64,000 bases of DNA from Pristiophorus japonicus. Taxonomy: Eukaryota. The notes under the pieces were generated by a model. That model was not told where the DNA came from. It was given only the letters and a program-made list of their open reading frames with translations, and made no database searches. Below are positions 13,009-24,991 of this stretch, in pieces. How positions within the stretch are numbered: the stretch's first letter is position 1; every line of letters starts with the position of its first letter. The stretch spans positions 46,872,001 through 46,936,000 of the forward strand of contig NC_091999.1 of assembly GCF_044704955.1 (NCBI RefSeq), in the 5' to 3' direction. A program made the translations under genes and the position numbers.

Positions 13009-13328
13009 GTGTCCAGTCGGATGTGGTGTTGACTCAGCCCGAGGCAAAGACCAGGATTTCCTGAGGCTTCCTGAGACTGACCTGTAAACCAGCGGGTTCG
13101 ATCTTAGCGGATATGGCATGAACTGGGTCCGCCAGGTTCCCGCACAGGAGCTGGAGTGGCTGGTTTACTATTACACTCCATCGAACAAGAATAACGTCCC
13201 AGGGATTGATAGCCGATTTACTGTATCCAAAGACACTTCAAACAACATCTTCACGTTGGACATGAAGAACATGAGGAGCGAAGACACCGCCATCTATTAC
13301 TGTGCAAGGAAGGACTACGGGAGTGGGT
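13009..13328 (+). pseudogene. IGHV: IgM VH pseudogene exon with germline-fused D-like segment
   Basis: [83 protein letters not shown]. In-frame TGA at 13062-13064 and a 1-nt deletion after TGT AAA (~13089). 19 extra nt (13310-13328) follow CAR and end in GTGGGT like shark D1 segments. Confidence 0.93.
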
Positions 13329-13366
13329 CACGGTGAAATACAGAGCGAGCTCTCCATACAAAAACC
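13329..13366 (+). promoter_or_regulatory. Recombination signal sequence, 22-bp spacer
   Basis: Heptamer CACGGTG 13329-13335, 22-nt spacer 13336-13357, perfect nonamer ACAAAAACC 13358-13366. Confidence 0.93.
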
Positions 13367-13685
13367 CCAGACAGGGAGTTTGCTCAAACCTGCGACCATT
13401 ACCACGCCAGGAGCGTCGAAGGAACTGAGGCTTAAATAAAAATAATTAGAAATAAGTTATATATATATATATATATTTAAATGTGTAACAGTTTTCTTCT
13501 TTATTACTATTGATTGCCATGTTGAAAATGCACAGATGCTTCAGAAGTATTCCAATCATTTTTGTAAATATAATGAACGGTAAAAAATGAAATATCTCGC
13601 TGATTCACTCTTACGAGAGTCGGAATCGGGTTTTTAGAGCTGTGTGGAATTTAATCTCTGTATTTTACAGTTAACAGTCCGCCGG

Positions 13686-13713
13686 AGTATTTGACACAAC
13701 GTGTCTCACTGTG
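13686..13713 (-). promoter_or_regulatory. RSS 5' of JH, apparent 12-bp spacer
   Basis: Perfect heptamer CACTGTG 13707-13713, 12-nt spacer CACAACGTGTCT, and nonamer AGTATTTGA 13686-13694 (6/9 match to GGTTTTTGT). No nonamer-like sequence at a 22/23 spacing. Confidence 0.7.
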
Positions 13714-13763
13714 TTACGCAATGGGCTACTGGGGACAAGGGACCATGGTGAAGGTGACTGCAG
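13714..13763 (+). CDS. IGHJ: IgH J segment (YAMGYWGQGTMVKVTA), intact, phase-1 donor
   Basis: WGQGT motif followed by G|GTAAGG at 13764. Confidence 0.95.
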
Positions 13764-13849
13764 GTAAGGAGCATTCACTGATTCAGTAACACTTGTATTT
13801 GTGTCTTTATTTTATATTTTTGTTTATTTTAATAATTACTTTGTTCACT

Positions 13850-15050
13850 GAAACTTGGGTTCGGTGGATTTTGTTTTGAGATTTTTTGCAATGTTCAATG
13901 TGATTCTGCTGCAAAGTGATTATAGAATTCAACTGTTTCTCCACAGAAAATGTTGTTGATGTGATTTGGTATTTATTTGCTGCCGAGACTGTGTGTCTAG
14001 GTTACTTTAAATACTTAATGATTATTACACTGTTTGACGTTTCTGCAATGTTTAATCTTGGTGACCCATGATTGCTGCAGTTTTTCTGATCGAATGCAAA
14101 CATTGTGTTTGAATGTGTTTAAAAGAACATTGTAGGCACAAAGCAGAAAGCTTAGTGATCAGTAAATACCCTTAAGGAATTTTAAGTTTTATCATGAAAA
14201 TTACATTGTCATCTCCTGACCGAATGTTCCCGAATGATCAGATTCAATACGTGAGCTGTAATTAAGAACTGAAAAATTAACATATTTCCAGCTGGAACAC
14301 ATTTAAATTAACATTATTATAACGTAGTAATATCACCAATTATTATTTAAATATGCTATACTATCAAAATTAATGTATTTAACATGATCCATCTAATCAC
14401 AATTCTCTGTCAGTATTTTATATTTCTGTTGAATTCAATCATTAGTTATTTCAGTGTGAGGCGGGTTCGGTGATTGTGTAATGAGATTTTTTTGCAATGA
14501 TATATTTGATTCTGCTGAAAGGGTTTATAGAATTACGGATCTGCTCCATGAAAGGTTCTGTCGAGGGATTCCGCCCCTCAGCGATGTGATTTAGTGTTGA
14601 TCTTCTGAGGAGAGTTCGTGCCTGTGTTACTCAGAATACTTAGAATTTGTGAAGCTGTTTGGCGTTTCTACAATGTTTAATATCGGTGACAGCGGGTAGC
14701 AGCAGGTTTCTGATCGAATCCAAACACGATATGTATTTTGAAACTGTTTGAAAACAGTAGGTAGGCAAAGAACAGGACGGGTTTAGACATCAGAAATCAT
14801 TGAAAGGTATTTTAAAATCACAATTATTGAAGTGATAATTATATATTCAACTATTAATCTATGTTGACGATGCTGGTATTTTAATATGTGAAATGTAACT
14901 AGTTGCCATCTACATAATTAACTTATTCAGGTTGTAGTTGAATTAAATTACTATTAACCAACCGATTATAATGCAATAATATCTCCGAATGTTATTAAAA
15001 TATGCTATAAGTCCAATGTTCATTTACTTAATATTATTCACCTTCAAAAA
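13850..15050 (+). repeat. Diverged ~605-bp tandem duplication in the J-C intron
   Basis: GGGTTCGGTG..GAGATTTTTTGCAATG..GATTCTGCTG..TTATAGAATT at ~13857 and again at ~14463. Shared downstream blocks: CAATGTTTAAT..GGTGAC, TTTCTGATCGAAT, GTAGGCA, AAATATGCTATA. Confidence 0.8.
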
Positions 15051-17399
15051 TCCTGCTCTACACTGGGCACCATTAAGGGAAGCAGAAACTTTTAGAGGCT
15101 GGATACAGTTGTTAATTATGCCTGCAATTATTTCATTAACAACATACTGATTCCACCGCTGTGTTCAGTTTGAGTCGGGAGTTCAATTACTTGCTACCTC
15201 CTGTTTACACAGATGAATGACTGAGTGCAATTAATTATAACTTGAAGCCGTGTTGCAAATTGCATTTTGTCAATTTAATATATCTGCCGGGGTGTGACAT
15301 TCTCACTGTGTAGCCGAAATTTGTTATTGAATCAATATTGTGTGTTGTTTGATAAAATTATCACTAAGTTAATCTCGAACACTTTGCAAGAACAAAAGCT
15401 GAGAGAGAGGCATCGCTGGCAGTCAAAGAATTGTTCATGTAATTATATTGAAATTCAAGGCAGGTTCCGACTGCGTATGGCTGGAGAAAGCAAATAATCC
15501 ATTGAAATTCAAGCAGATTAATTTACTTACAAAAGGTTCATCTGATTTCGAATTTGATACAAAATCCTATCTCCCAAAACGCTGCTGTATGCGGAATAGA
15601 ACGGTAGACAAAGCACAAATCATATCTGAGTGCTATGTTTAATTCTTATTAATATTAAATTGATGAACAAAGTCTCTCCTCCATTTGCTCATTCAGTTTC
15701 AGTGCCCCAGATGGTCTGAATGAATTGTTATCCTCTAGTTTTACACTGACCATTCTTGAAACTATTTTCAAGAAGTAGCAGAATATATTTAATCATTAAC
15801 TTACGGGCATTTTGTGAATAACTGGAGTGTTCACCCATGAACTCATTGAATGGCGGTGCAGGCGCGAAGGGCCGAATGGCCTACTCCTGCAGCTATTTTC
15901 TATGTTTCTATGAACTTTAAAAGATTGTCTGTGTTATTAAGTAGCGGAGGCTCTGCTACTGACTGCAAACTGCAAGGATATATTTTAATTAATAAAAACA
16001 TTTTTGGGGATTAAGGTTGAGGAGAATATTTCAGCTCGAGATTCCAGCATTAGTAAACAAGCGGTTTACAGCCCATCGGAGTTGTGACCCCGGCTGGACA
16101 GAGAACTATTTAAATTAGTCCACACCCAAATCCATCATGTGAAATATTCTCTGCGAATAGACGCAGATTATGCGATATTAGAAATATGCAGAGTTTAAAA
16201 AGGTGTCGGTCGAGAGCGGGACAATAGTAGAAATGCGTGATTATTGTCAATTATTCAAATTTGATTCCATTTAAGTAAAAATAAAGTATATTTATGAGTA
16301 GTTATGTATTAATATGCTGCTTAATATTGTAATATTGATTAATTGTTATGGTAAGTTAAGTAAACCATAATATATCACAAGTTATCAGGCAGAAAAGGTT
16401 TTAAAATTATTAATAATTACTTGTATTTGTATGGCTGAAATTCAAGCACATTAATTTAATTTCAAAAGTTCCAGGTAGGTATGCTTCTGAGGAGGAAGGG
16501 CCAGACTGGCACTCAGATTATTTTCAATATTCAGCTAACATGAACATTAAATTAGAATGTAACATAAGTGCTAATTCATTAAAACGTAAGCGAGCCCTTA
16601 CAATTGTTTTGCATACTGGTCAGTATTACAATTATTGCAACATTTCAAGGGTTGGAGATAATGTTTAATTCATTCATAAATTAATTTAGAAAACAATGCA
16701 TTGATAACTCGGCTGTGCTGAGTTCGACAAGGTGTCGCTGCAGATTTTAGTGAATTAATTTCCTGTTTTGCCGCGATGATATTACAGGTTATATTTACTG
16801 ATGAAAACATATAAAATCAGTGGGTGATTAGGTATCACTGTATATGTCTCCTGGATTGCGACATTCTTACTCTGTCACCGAGTCCCGTGTGACGGGCAGA
16901 AAATTCCCGTGGAATGTGAATTATTTCCAGATACTTGCTTTCAGGGAAGTTAATCTTTGCACGGTTTACAAGATAGTTGACAGAGATGGGGAAATGGCTG
17001 GATGTTGAAGAGTCTCTCAAATTAATATCACATTAATTTCAAAGAATCTGCAGCGTTGAGGTGGTTGGAAATTGACAAGAAATAAACTAGAAATCAAACA
17101 ACTTCATTGAAATTAACAGATTGAACTGGTCTCTCTCTGCCTGGAGCACCCTTGTTGCACCGTTTGTGTCTGTTCTGTTTCTGTGCGCATGCTCACTGTG
17201 TGAGAATCAGGAGTCCTCCTGACGGGTTGTAAACCTTCGGGGTTGTGATCCTGTATTGCGGGGAGTGTCACTTAATTCAGTTATTTAAGAAACTGGTATA
17301 TGTGAGAAACGTGAAAGATTGACTTTAAGGTTGAGGAGTCGCCGTAGAAATGAGATCAGTAACCCAGATTGTGACAGTCAGAAGGAGCAGTTCCGAAAC

Positions 17400-17920
17400 A
17401 CTACGGTGAGACAGTCGAAGGAGCTTTAATCAGTTTCTAACCCGGTTGTACCTGCCCTGACAGTGTTTGATAGGAAGCTTTACTCTGCAACTAACCCGTG
17501 CGTTATCTTATCTGGCAGTGCTTGATGGGACATTGCAGAGATAGCTTTAATCAGTATTTAACCTTTTCTTTACAAGGACGTGGAACTTAATTGCGTCCTT
17601 CAATATAGAATGATCTTCTATTTAATCAGAGCTTTGGAGGGGTGGTGCGCTTTAATGGGAGAGTGTATTGGAAGCTTTTCTTTGTACTCGTCATAATTGT
17701 GCTTAATTAATCGGTCAATTTGATAACACATTTTATGGGGAGACATTTCGTAGCACATCTCTGCAGTACTTGAGCTGGGAATGTTTGACGGGATAGTATA
17801 GATAACATATTACTCTGTGTGCAACACTTGCTATACCTGTCCTGACCACACGGCAGCATAGCGGGAGCTTTGCTCTCTTATCCGTGCTGTATCTGACCTG
17901 AGAGTGCTTGGTCAGGCAGT
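17400..17920 (+). repeat. Degenerate copies of the ~67-bp repeat
   Basis: GGAGCTTTA..CTAACCCG..GTACCTGCCCTG..GTGTTTGAT motifs, as at 4740-5230. Confidence 0.65.
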
Positions 17921-18639
17921 GTTCTAGTCACCGTTATCTGCGACTAACAGATAGCAGATAAACTGCTCGTGCCAGATATATACAATAATTCGTCCCATTG
18001 CCCAGATTAAAAAGCGCACATTCTTTGATGTTTATATTCTTTCTGAAAAAATGCCCAATTTTTAATGAGTTATTAATGTTTGAACATTTTGAGCATCAGA
18101 TTACTAATGAACATGATTGTCCTGATCCTCAGCTCACTTTCAGAACAAACAGTTTGAGGAAGTGAATAACGCTCCAGAAAGCAGCGCCTGTTCTGATCTG
18201 ATGGGAGGTTACAAGTTATTTCCACAATTAAAATAGAGAATATCGAGACTCCCACTTCAAATAACCGTCATGGGGACCTCATGTTTAGAAACATTATGTT
18301 GTCCAATTCTTCCTGAGAAGGTTAAAGGCAGTGACAAACTGTGACGAGATGCAGCTAATAGCCTGGGTCACAACACAAGGCACACAGTCACTGGGCTGCA
18401 ATTCTGTGAAACATTTAAAGAGAGAGAGTCAACCTGCAATACGTCATCATTCGCAATGAATTTAAGCCTTTCTAACAGCATGCGATTGACTAATTTGCGT
18501 CAGATTCATAAGATCCCTTTATTTTAAATATCCTCTTTCATTATAACGAACAATAAAAAAAGATCTGGTAGAGGTATCGAAAATATGAAGTGTTTCCTTC
18601 CATGAAATCTAGAAGAACTATTCCCACTGACTCGTGTAG

Positions 18640-19570
18640 ACTGATAGCATCTCACAGCATTGAAAGAGGCCATTCAGGCATTGTGCCTGTGCCGGCTCTG
18701 AAAGAGCTGTCCAATTTAGTCCAACTCCCCAGAGTTAACATTATAAACGTGCAAATGAGTCCTCCTGACGTACAGGAGATACTGCCTGGAGCATTCCTGA
18801 AATTACCAACCCTCTGTGTGAAAAAAATCACCTGAATTTTACCTTCTGATCTTTTCACAATTATTTTAAAACTGCGACATTTGGTTACCCACCTATTTTC
18901 CAGCGGAACAATTTCTCCCGAGTTAGTATATCAAAACCTGACATAATGTTGAATATCTCTCTTAGGTCTCCTCTTAACCTCTGCACTAAGGAGAATATCC
19001 CAGCTTCTCCAATCTTTCGACATAACTGAAGACCCCATCCCTGGCATCATCCAGCTAAAAGCCTTCCCTTTACACTCCCCAAGGGCTTGACATCCTTCCT
19101 ACATTGTGGTTACAAAATTGTACGCAATAGTCCAGCTGAAGCCTAACACGTGATCTGTAAGTTTAGCATAACCACCTTGATTTTGTAGTGAATGCCCCAT
19201 TTACAAAGTCAAGTATCCCATACGCTTTCCTAACAGCCTTACCAGTTTGCCCTGCCATCTTCAAAGATTTGTGAATATGTACATCCAGATCTCTCTATTC
19301 GTGCATCCCCTCAAAATAATACTATTTAGATTATACTGCCTCTCCAACTTCCACCCAATCTGCATCGCTTCTCAATGATTCGCATTTAATTGTAATTGCC
19401 CTGTCCCAGCCTATTTCACTGGTCCATCTGTCTCCTCATGGAGTCTGCTGCTATCATGCTCACTATTCTCTACGTTGCAAGGTTTTGAATTATTTTTGAA
19501 CTTCGAAATTGTATTCCCTGTAACCAAGTCCATGTCATTGTTATACAACAAGAACAACAATGGAAATTGA
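18640..19570 (-). mobile_element. Old CR1 3' fragment in the J-C intron
   Basis: Reverse complement encodes RT C-terminal motifs (FQLDYCVQF, IFFTQRVGNFRNAP); 3'-UTR-like GGCCATTCAGGC at ~18670. Confidence 0.7.
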
Positions 19571-20318
19571 AACGGGCCATTTAAGGAGTAACTTCAAATT
19601 AATCGGATTTTGGAATGGTATTTTATTCGGATTATTAATTGAGTGGCAGGAAGCAGGCTACTCAAGAGACATGCATATAATAGGATGGAATAGAGCTCAG
19701 ATCACAGTGCGCTGAAAGACATCGCTCTCCCTCAAATGCTGTGAAAATAAGGAATAAATTCGACTCAATCGCGGTTCATTTACAACTTGCATCTTAGAAA
19801 CTAGACTATGGAAATGCTACCTGTTGAATTATGTGGTAGGCAAGTTTGGAGGGTTTTTTGCTAACGTCCGAAGCAGGAATTCCGATGTTACTTTGAAGTG
19901 CAGTCACTGTTGTTTTGTACTGATAAACCGCAGGCAACGTGCACAGAGCAAATTTCCCCAAACTGCAATTAAATAAAGGACAAGAAATGGTGCTGATTGA
20001 GAAATAAATGCAGGCCGAAATAACAGGAACATTTCTCTGTTTTGCTATTGTATGATCCAATGAAGGCGTCTTTATTGACGAGTTGTGCAAAGGTTCTTGT
20101 TGTGTAATGTGATAGAGCTCGGTGATAGAGAGGTGCGTTCCTGACCAGCGCATTGACAAGTGCTTACGATAGAACTGACAGAAGCTCAAATGCCTGTGTA
20201 GTCTTTGATGGAGAAATGGTGGAATTAGTTTATTCTGCAGTCAAATTTCGATTTGTTTATTTCTTTTATAAGCACGGATTACAGAGTCTAACTTGTTCAA
20301 TGGGCCATTCCTTCCCAG

Positions 20319-20618
20319 TAACACGGTCTCCCCCCACCCTCTGCCCCCTGTTCGCCTCCTGTGAACAACCCAGCACCGATGGCTCCATCACGTAGGGCTG
20401 TTTGGTGATGGACTACTCCCCTGACATCATCAGACTTTTCTGGAAGGAAGATAAAGAGCCGATCACCACTGGATTGAAGATCTACCCGTCATTGATCAAA
20501 AAGAATTGAGCCTACACACTGAGCAGCCAGTTAACCATCACCGAGTCCGAGTTGGGGAGCAGCACAATTTGCTGCGAGGTTCGACGTGGTGGATCGGTGT
20601 GGAACATCACAATGTCAG
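20319..20618 (+). pseudogene. IGHM: IgM constant exon Cmu1 (two nonsense codons)
   Basis: CCCAG|TA ACA..: [97 protein letters not shown]|GT, matching shark Cmu1. TAG at 20393 and TGA at 20507. Confidence 0.93.
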
Positions 20619-20629
20619 GTTAATGATGT

Positions 20630-20990
20630 GAGATACAGGGCAAACTGTGATAAGGTGAGAAGTTATGTTCAACTTGTATAGAAACTTGGTTAGACAACAG
20701 TTAGAGTACTGTGCATAGTTCTGGTCTCCATATAATACTTAGAATACTGTGCACAGTTCTAGTTTCCTTATCACATTTAGAATATTGTTTACAATTCTGC
20801 TTTCCTTCTCATACTTAGAATACTGTGTGAAGTTCTGGTCTCCATATCATACTTAGAATAGTATGCACAGCTCTGGTCTCCCTATCACACTTAGAATACT
20901 GTGCATGGTTCTGGTCCCCATATCGCACTTAGAATATTATGCACAGTTCTGGTCTGCATATTACACTGAGTATACTGTGCACAATCTTGC
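20630..20990 (+). repeat. 38-bp minisatellite derived from a CR1 RT fragment
   Basis: AGAAT core at 20741, 20779, 20817, 20855, 20893 and 20931 (period 38). Unit ACTTAGAATACTGTGCACAGTTCTGGTCTCCATATCAC encodes the CR1 motif HLEYCAQFWSPY, preceded by VMFNLYRNLVRQQLEYC. Confidence 0.88.
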
Positions 20991-21112
20991 TCTCTTCAAA
21001 TGCCAGGTTAGTGTGAATCTGACAGCAAAGAACTTGTTAAAATATAAGGACACTTTGCATTTCTTAATCATTTATTTTACAAGCAATGTCAATAAAATGC
21101 CTTCTCGTAAAC

Positions 21113-21430
21113 GTCCTGAACGGATCATCGTTCCTCCAATTGTTCTCCTCTTGCTAAGCTCCACTGAACAAATCATCAGCAGCAGATATGCAAGCGCCAT
21201 GTGTTTAATCATCGAATTAAGGCCAAAGTCACTGACCGTGAATTGGCTGAAGAGTGAACAACTCCTGGATTCGGGCTTCACCACCTCTCCCGCCTTTGAG
21301 ATGAACAGAAACGTTTTGACGGCCAGTCGGCTGACACTCCCCGACAGGGAATGGTTCACCGGCTCGGTCTACACCTGCCAGGTCACTCATGAATGGGGCA
21401 CACAAAGCCGTAACTTCAGCAGATCTCAGG
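21113..21430 (+). pseudogene. IGHM: IgM constant exon Cmu2 (open frame, canonical acceptor not seen)
   Basis: VPPIVLLLLSSTEQIISSRYASAMCLIIELRPKSLTVNWLK..LDSGFTTSP..TASRLTLPDREWFTGSVYTCQVTH..TQSRNFSRSQG|GTAAGA. No phase-1 AG near 21105-21115, so the start is approximate. Confidence 0.88.
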
Positions 21431-21559
21431 GTAAGAGGCACAATCCAGGGAGGTTCCAGACCATTCTGAGCGTTGATCTCAGTCAGGACTTTGATTGAAA
21501 TTAGTAGAAAGCAGAGGAATATTCCTAATTTCCAATCATGCAGTTTGTGTATTCTTGCG

Positions 21560-21985
21560 ATACAATGTTGCCTTTATACAGCGCCTTCAGCGACCACAGA
21601 CTGAACCAAAGCGCTTGCCAGGCAATGAATTAAGTTGTGAAATGTGGTCACAGTTGTAATGTATAAAGTGCGGCAGTCATTTAGTGCACAGCAAGCTCCC
21701 ACAAACAGCAGTGTGATAACGACTATTTTTTTTGTTTAGTGTTATTTCTTGAGGTATTAATATTCCCAGGACACCAGGGAGAACTCCTCTGCTTTTCATT
21801 GAAATAATTCCAGGGGAACTTTTACCTCCACCTGAGAGGCTAGACGGATTCTTGGTTTAACACATGATCCGAAATACGGCACCTCCGACAATGCACCACG
21901 CCCCCAGTACTGCACTGAGAGACTCAGCTTACATACTGTGATCAAATAACTGGAGTGAGACTTCAACCCACGATCTTCTGGTTCA
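21560..21985 (-). mobile_element. Deu-core SINE
   Basis: Reverse complement of the 3470-3902 element (GCACAGCAAGCTCCCACAAACAGCA; CCAGGACACCAGGGAGAACTCC). Confidence 0.75.
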
Positions 21986-22184
21986 GGATTCCTCATTGCT
22001 CAGGATTTATTATCCTCGCCAAAGAAGCTTTCCCCTTGCTCTGGTGTCAGGCAGTGAGTGAAGTGTCCTTAGTCTCAGGTATATCCTGAGTTGGCTGATC
22101 ATATACGGAATGGCAATAGGAGTCTGGAATCCTTTAATGCTAACTGTCCAGGAACCCACTGCAAGAATGGGCATCTACCCTATT

Positions 22185-22697
22185 CAGAGTACTGAGCCCA
22201 ATTCTGGGCTCCGCACCTGAGGAAGGATATACGTGGAGGTGCTAAACTGCAGGTTTACCCGAATTATACCGGGGCTAACAATGTAAAATGATCAGGTGGT
22301 GAGTATAGAACGTCAAGAGATGATACAATTGACGTGTTTAAGTTGATAAATGGAATTGTATCGATTAGTTATAGAAACATTTATTTAGTTTGATGTGAGA
22401 GTCCACAACAAGTAGCAGAACCTTAACATTAGAGTTAGGCCGTGCAGAGGTGATGTCAGAAAGGATTTTCTCACAGGAAGAATAGTGCAAGTCGGGATTT
22501 CCCTCCCCAAAAGCTGCTGACACTTGCTTTCAATTGAAAAGTTGAAAACTGAAATTGATAGATTTTTGTTCGGCAAGGTTATCATGGGTTACATAACCAA
22601 GGCGTGAAGATGGTGTTGAGTGTTGATCAGCCATGATCTAACTAGATGGCGGGACAGAATGGATGGGCTGAATGGCCTTCTCCTATTCCTATGTTAC
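22185..22697 (+). mobile_element. CR1 3' fragment
   Basis: EY..QFWAPHLRKD remnant; 3' UTR GATCAGCCATGATC..GGGCTGAATGGCCT..TCCTATTCCTATGTT. Confidence 0.75.
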
Positions 22698-23401
22698 TAT
22701 TAATGCCCTGAGGTCATAGTGCTTTCTGAATCTCTCTCACCAGACATGATAAATGTTCAGTAATTACAGATATTAACAAACTACCTTACATCATTACAAA
22801 TGATGCCCCACCACAAAAGATTCCTTGCAACTCCATTCTCCGGAACTTGCACTTCTTCTCTGACGGGGGATGTGACTGGTTCGTGCACATTTTCATCGCA
22901 ACAAAAATAGCAGCAAAAGACTAGAAACTTAACTTTGTTTCCTGTTGTCCCATAAATCCTGAAATTAATTTGACACTGGTTTTGAACAAGTATAATGCTA
23001 GTGTAGACCTCTTGAACTTGGGCTATTCGGGCTTCAGCCATTATAACCAGTGGAGATGCACTTGGGTGCAATAATCTATAGACGGGCGTAAAGGAGCAAA
23101 GGATTTCAGAAAGAGCGCTATTCAGTGCCTATCACAATTGCGTCCCAATGTATTCCCATTTTACGCCAGGTATTTGTTTCATAGCCCATTACAGGTGGCT
23201 CTGGCTCAAATACACAGGAAATATTACAGACCTCCCGGAATTGTTGCCAATTCATTGTCCTTCCATAACGACGGTGTTCAAGCAATAGCGAGAGGTTGAT
23301 ATCTCAAAAGTGAGAATTTCCCCTTGAAAGAGTTAAGGCTAATTATTGGTGTCCTGATTCTGAAGATGCGGCTTTTCCTGACTTTCATTCCTGTTTCGCA
23401 G

Positions 23402-23709
23402 TGGATGTCCCATGCAGCGATTAAAAATCACTCTTCGCCCACCGTAATTGGAACAGGTTTTACTGGAGGCGACGGTGACCTTAACGTGTGTCGTGTCTGA
23501 CGCTCCTTATGGGCTCACCGTGACCTGGACCCGAAAAAACGAGACTTTGAAATCAGAGATTGCCGTCCAACCCAGAGAGGATCCCAACAGTGTGATCAGC
23601 AACTTAAACATCTCGACAAAAGACTGGCTGAGTGGGGATAAGTTCTACTGCGTGGTGAGCCATCAGGATATGCCGATTCCTCTCAGAGATTCCAGCCACA
23701 AGGAAAAGG
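23402..23709 (+). pseudogene. IGHM: IgM constant exon Cmu3 (frameshift and stop near the 5' end)
   Basis: TTTCGCAG|TG GAT GTC CCA TGC, then a frameshift at ~23422 and TAA at 23445. The rest reads [77 protein letters not shown]|GTGAGC. Confidence 0.92.
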
Positions 23710-24626
23710 GTGAGCGGGGAGATTGTTGCAATAAGTGAGAAACTGCGACAATTTCGATGCGTGTGCAAGGGCCAATTGATTATATAAAGTGTTTAATGGC
23801 TACTCTGATCATTCAGGTTGGTAATTCCACCAACTCAGCACTCTGGGACCTGAGATTATGTATTTTAGGGGAAACTGGATAAGTCCATGAGCGAGAAAGA
23901 AATAGAAGGGTATATTATTAGGTTTAGATGAAGTGGGCTCGGAGGAGGCTTGTGTGGATCACAACCACCGGCATAGAGCAGTTGGCCAAATCTCCTCGTT
24001 CTGTGCATTAAATTCTATGTCATTTTCCAGTCCAACGCTTCAAGATTTCAGAGAGAAAGATCACGTTCCCTCTGATAAGGGATGGAAAACCAGAGAGGCA
24101 ACAGAGGGGAAAAGGTAAAATGTTAAAATGCAATGCAGTGTCCATTTCTCTCACATCTAACCATCGGAAAATGGCTGAATTTAAATGAGGAAGGCGAGTT
24201 GTGGGCGTTGGTCTCACAGGCCACCAGTGAAAGCGGGAGGATTGGAAGCCGAGTGAGGAGGTCGCGGATCGCGGGCGATGGGTTAGGCAGGGACCCTGGA
24301 TCCAGGAGGTCGGTGTAAGGGCAATTACCAGCTGGGCGCAGCAATCCCCGCCTTGCTGTAACTGCTGAGATTTACACAGTTTGTCAAGCCGGACCAGCGA
24401 CAGTTAAACACCAAATGGTGGTTAAAATAGAGGATTCCAATCTCATTTAAATATATTACTCAAATGTAATATTACAACTGGAAGTAGGCGAGTTGAGGTC
24501 GGGATTCTGATTTTTACCAATTTAACAACCTCCACGCCCACAACCCGCCCGCTGTATTGGGTTGAAATTCCCCCATTGTCTCTGGAACTATCCAGTTCAT
24601 TGGCCTTTGTTGTAACTGTCCTACAG

Positions 24627-24991
24627 CGAAAGATCCGCGGGAACCGGCCATGTCTGTCCTCCTGCCCTCAGCAGAAGAAGTCTCTGCTCAGAGGTTGGTC
24701 AGCCTCACCTGCTTAGTGAGAGGTTTCTCCCCCCGAGAGATCTTCGTCAAAAGGACCGTCAATGATAAACTGGTGGATTACGGCAACTACAAGAACACCG
24801 AGGTGATGGCGGAGAACGGCAGCAGCTCCTTCTTCATGTACAGCCTGCTATCCATTGCAGCCAAGGAATGGGCCAGCGGCGACTCTCACTCCTGTGTGGT
24901 GGGACATGAAGTGATCCCATTGATAATCACCAACAGAACCGTCAATAAATCCAATGGTAAAGCATTTCCCTTGTTCTGATGGACAACGTCA
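24627..24991 (+). pseudogene. IGHM: IgM constant exon Cmu4 plus 5' part of the secretory tailpiece
   Basis: CTACAG|CG AAA GAT CCG: [42 protein letters not shown](W lost)[51 protein letters not shown]. Internal TM donor G|GTAAAG at 24957. After a deletion/frameshift the tailpiece reads ISLVLMDNV, then the LINE begins. Confidence 0.93.

Noticed and set aside
13629-13662. GGTTTTTAG nonamer-like motif between V and J (possible D RSS)
   Set aside because: No heptamer at 12 or 22/23 spacing.
17161-17200. CGTTTGTGT..CACTGTG cryptic RSS (also CACTGTG at 15304)
   Set aside because: 24-nt spacing or no nonamer, and no J-like WGxG coding sequence follows.
20319-24991. IgW or IgNAR identity for the constant exons
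   Set aside because: Four C exons with shark mu-specific motifs ([42 protein letters not shown]) and a mu tailpiece.
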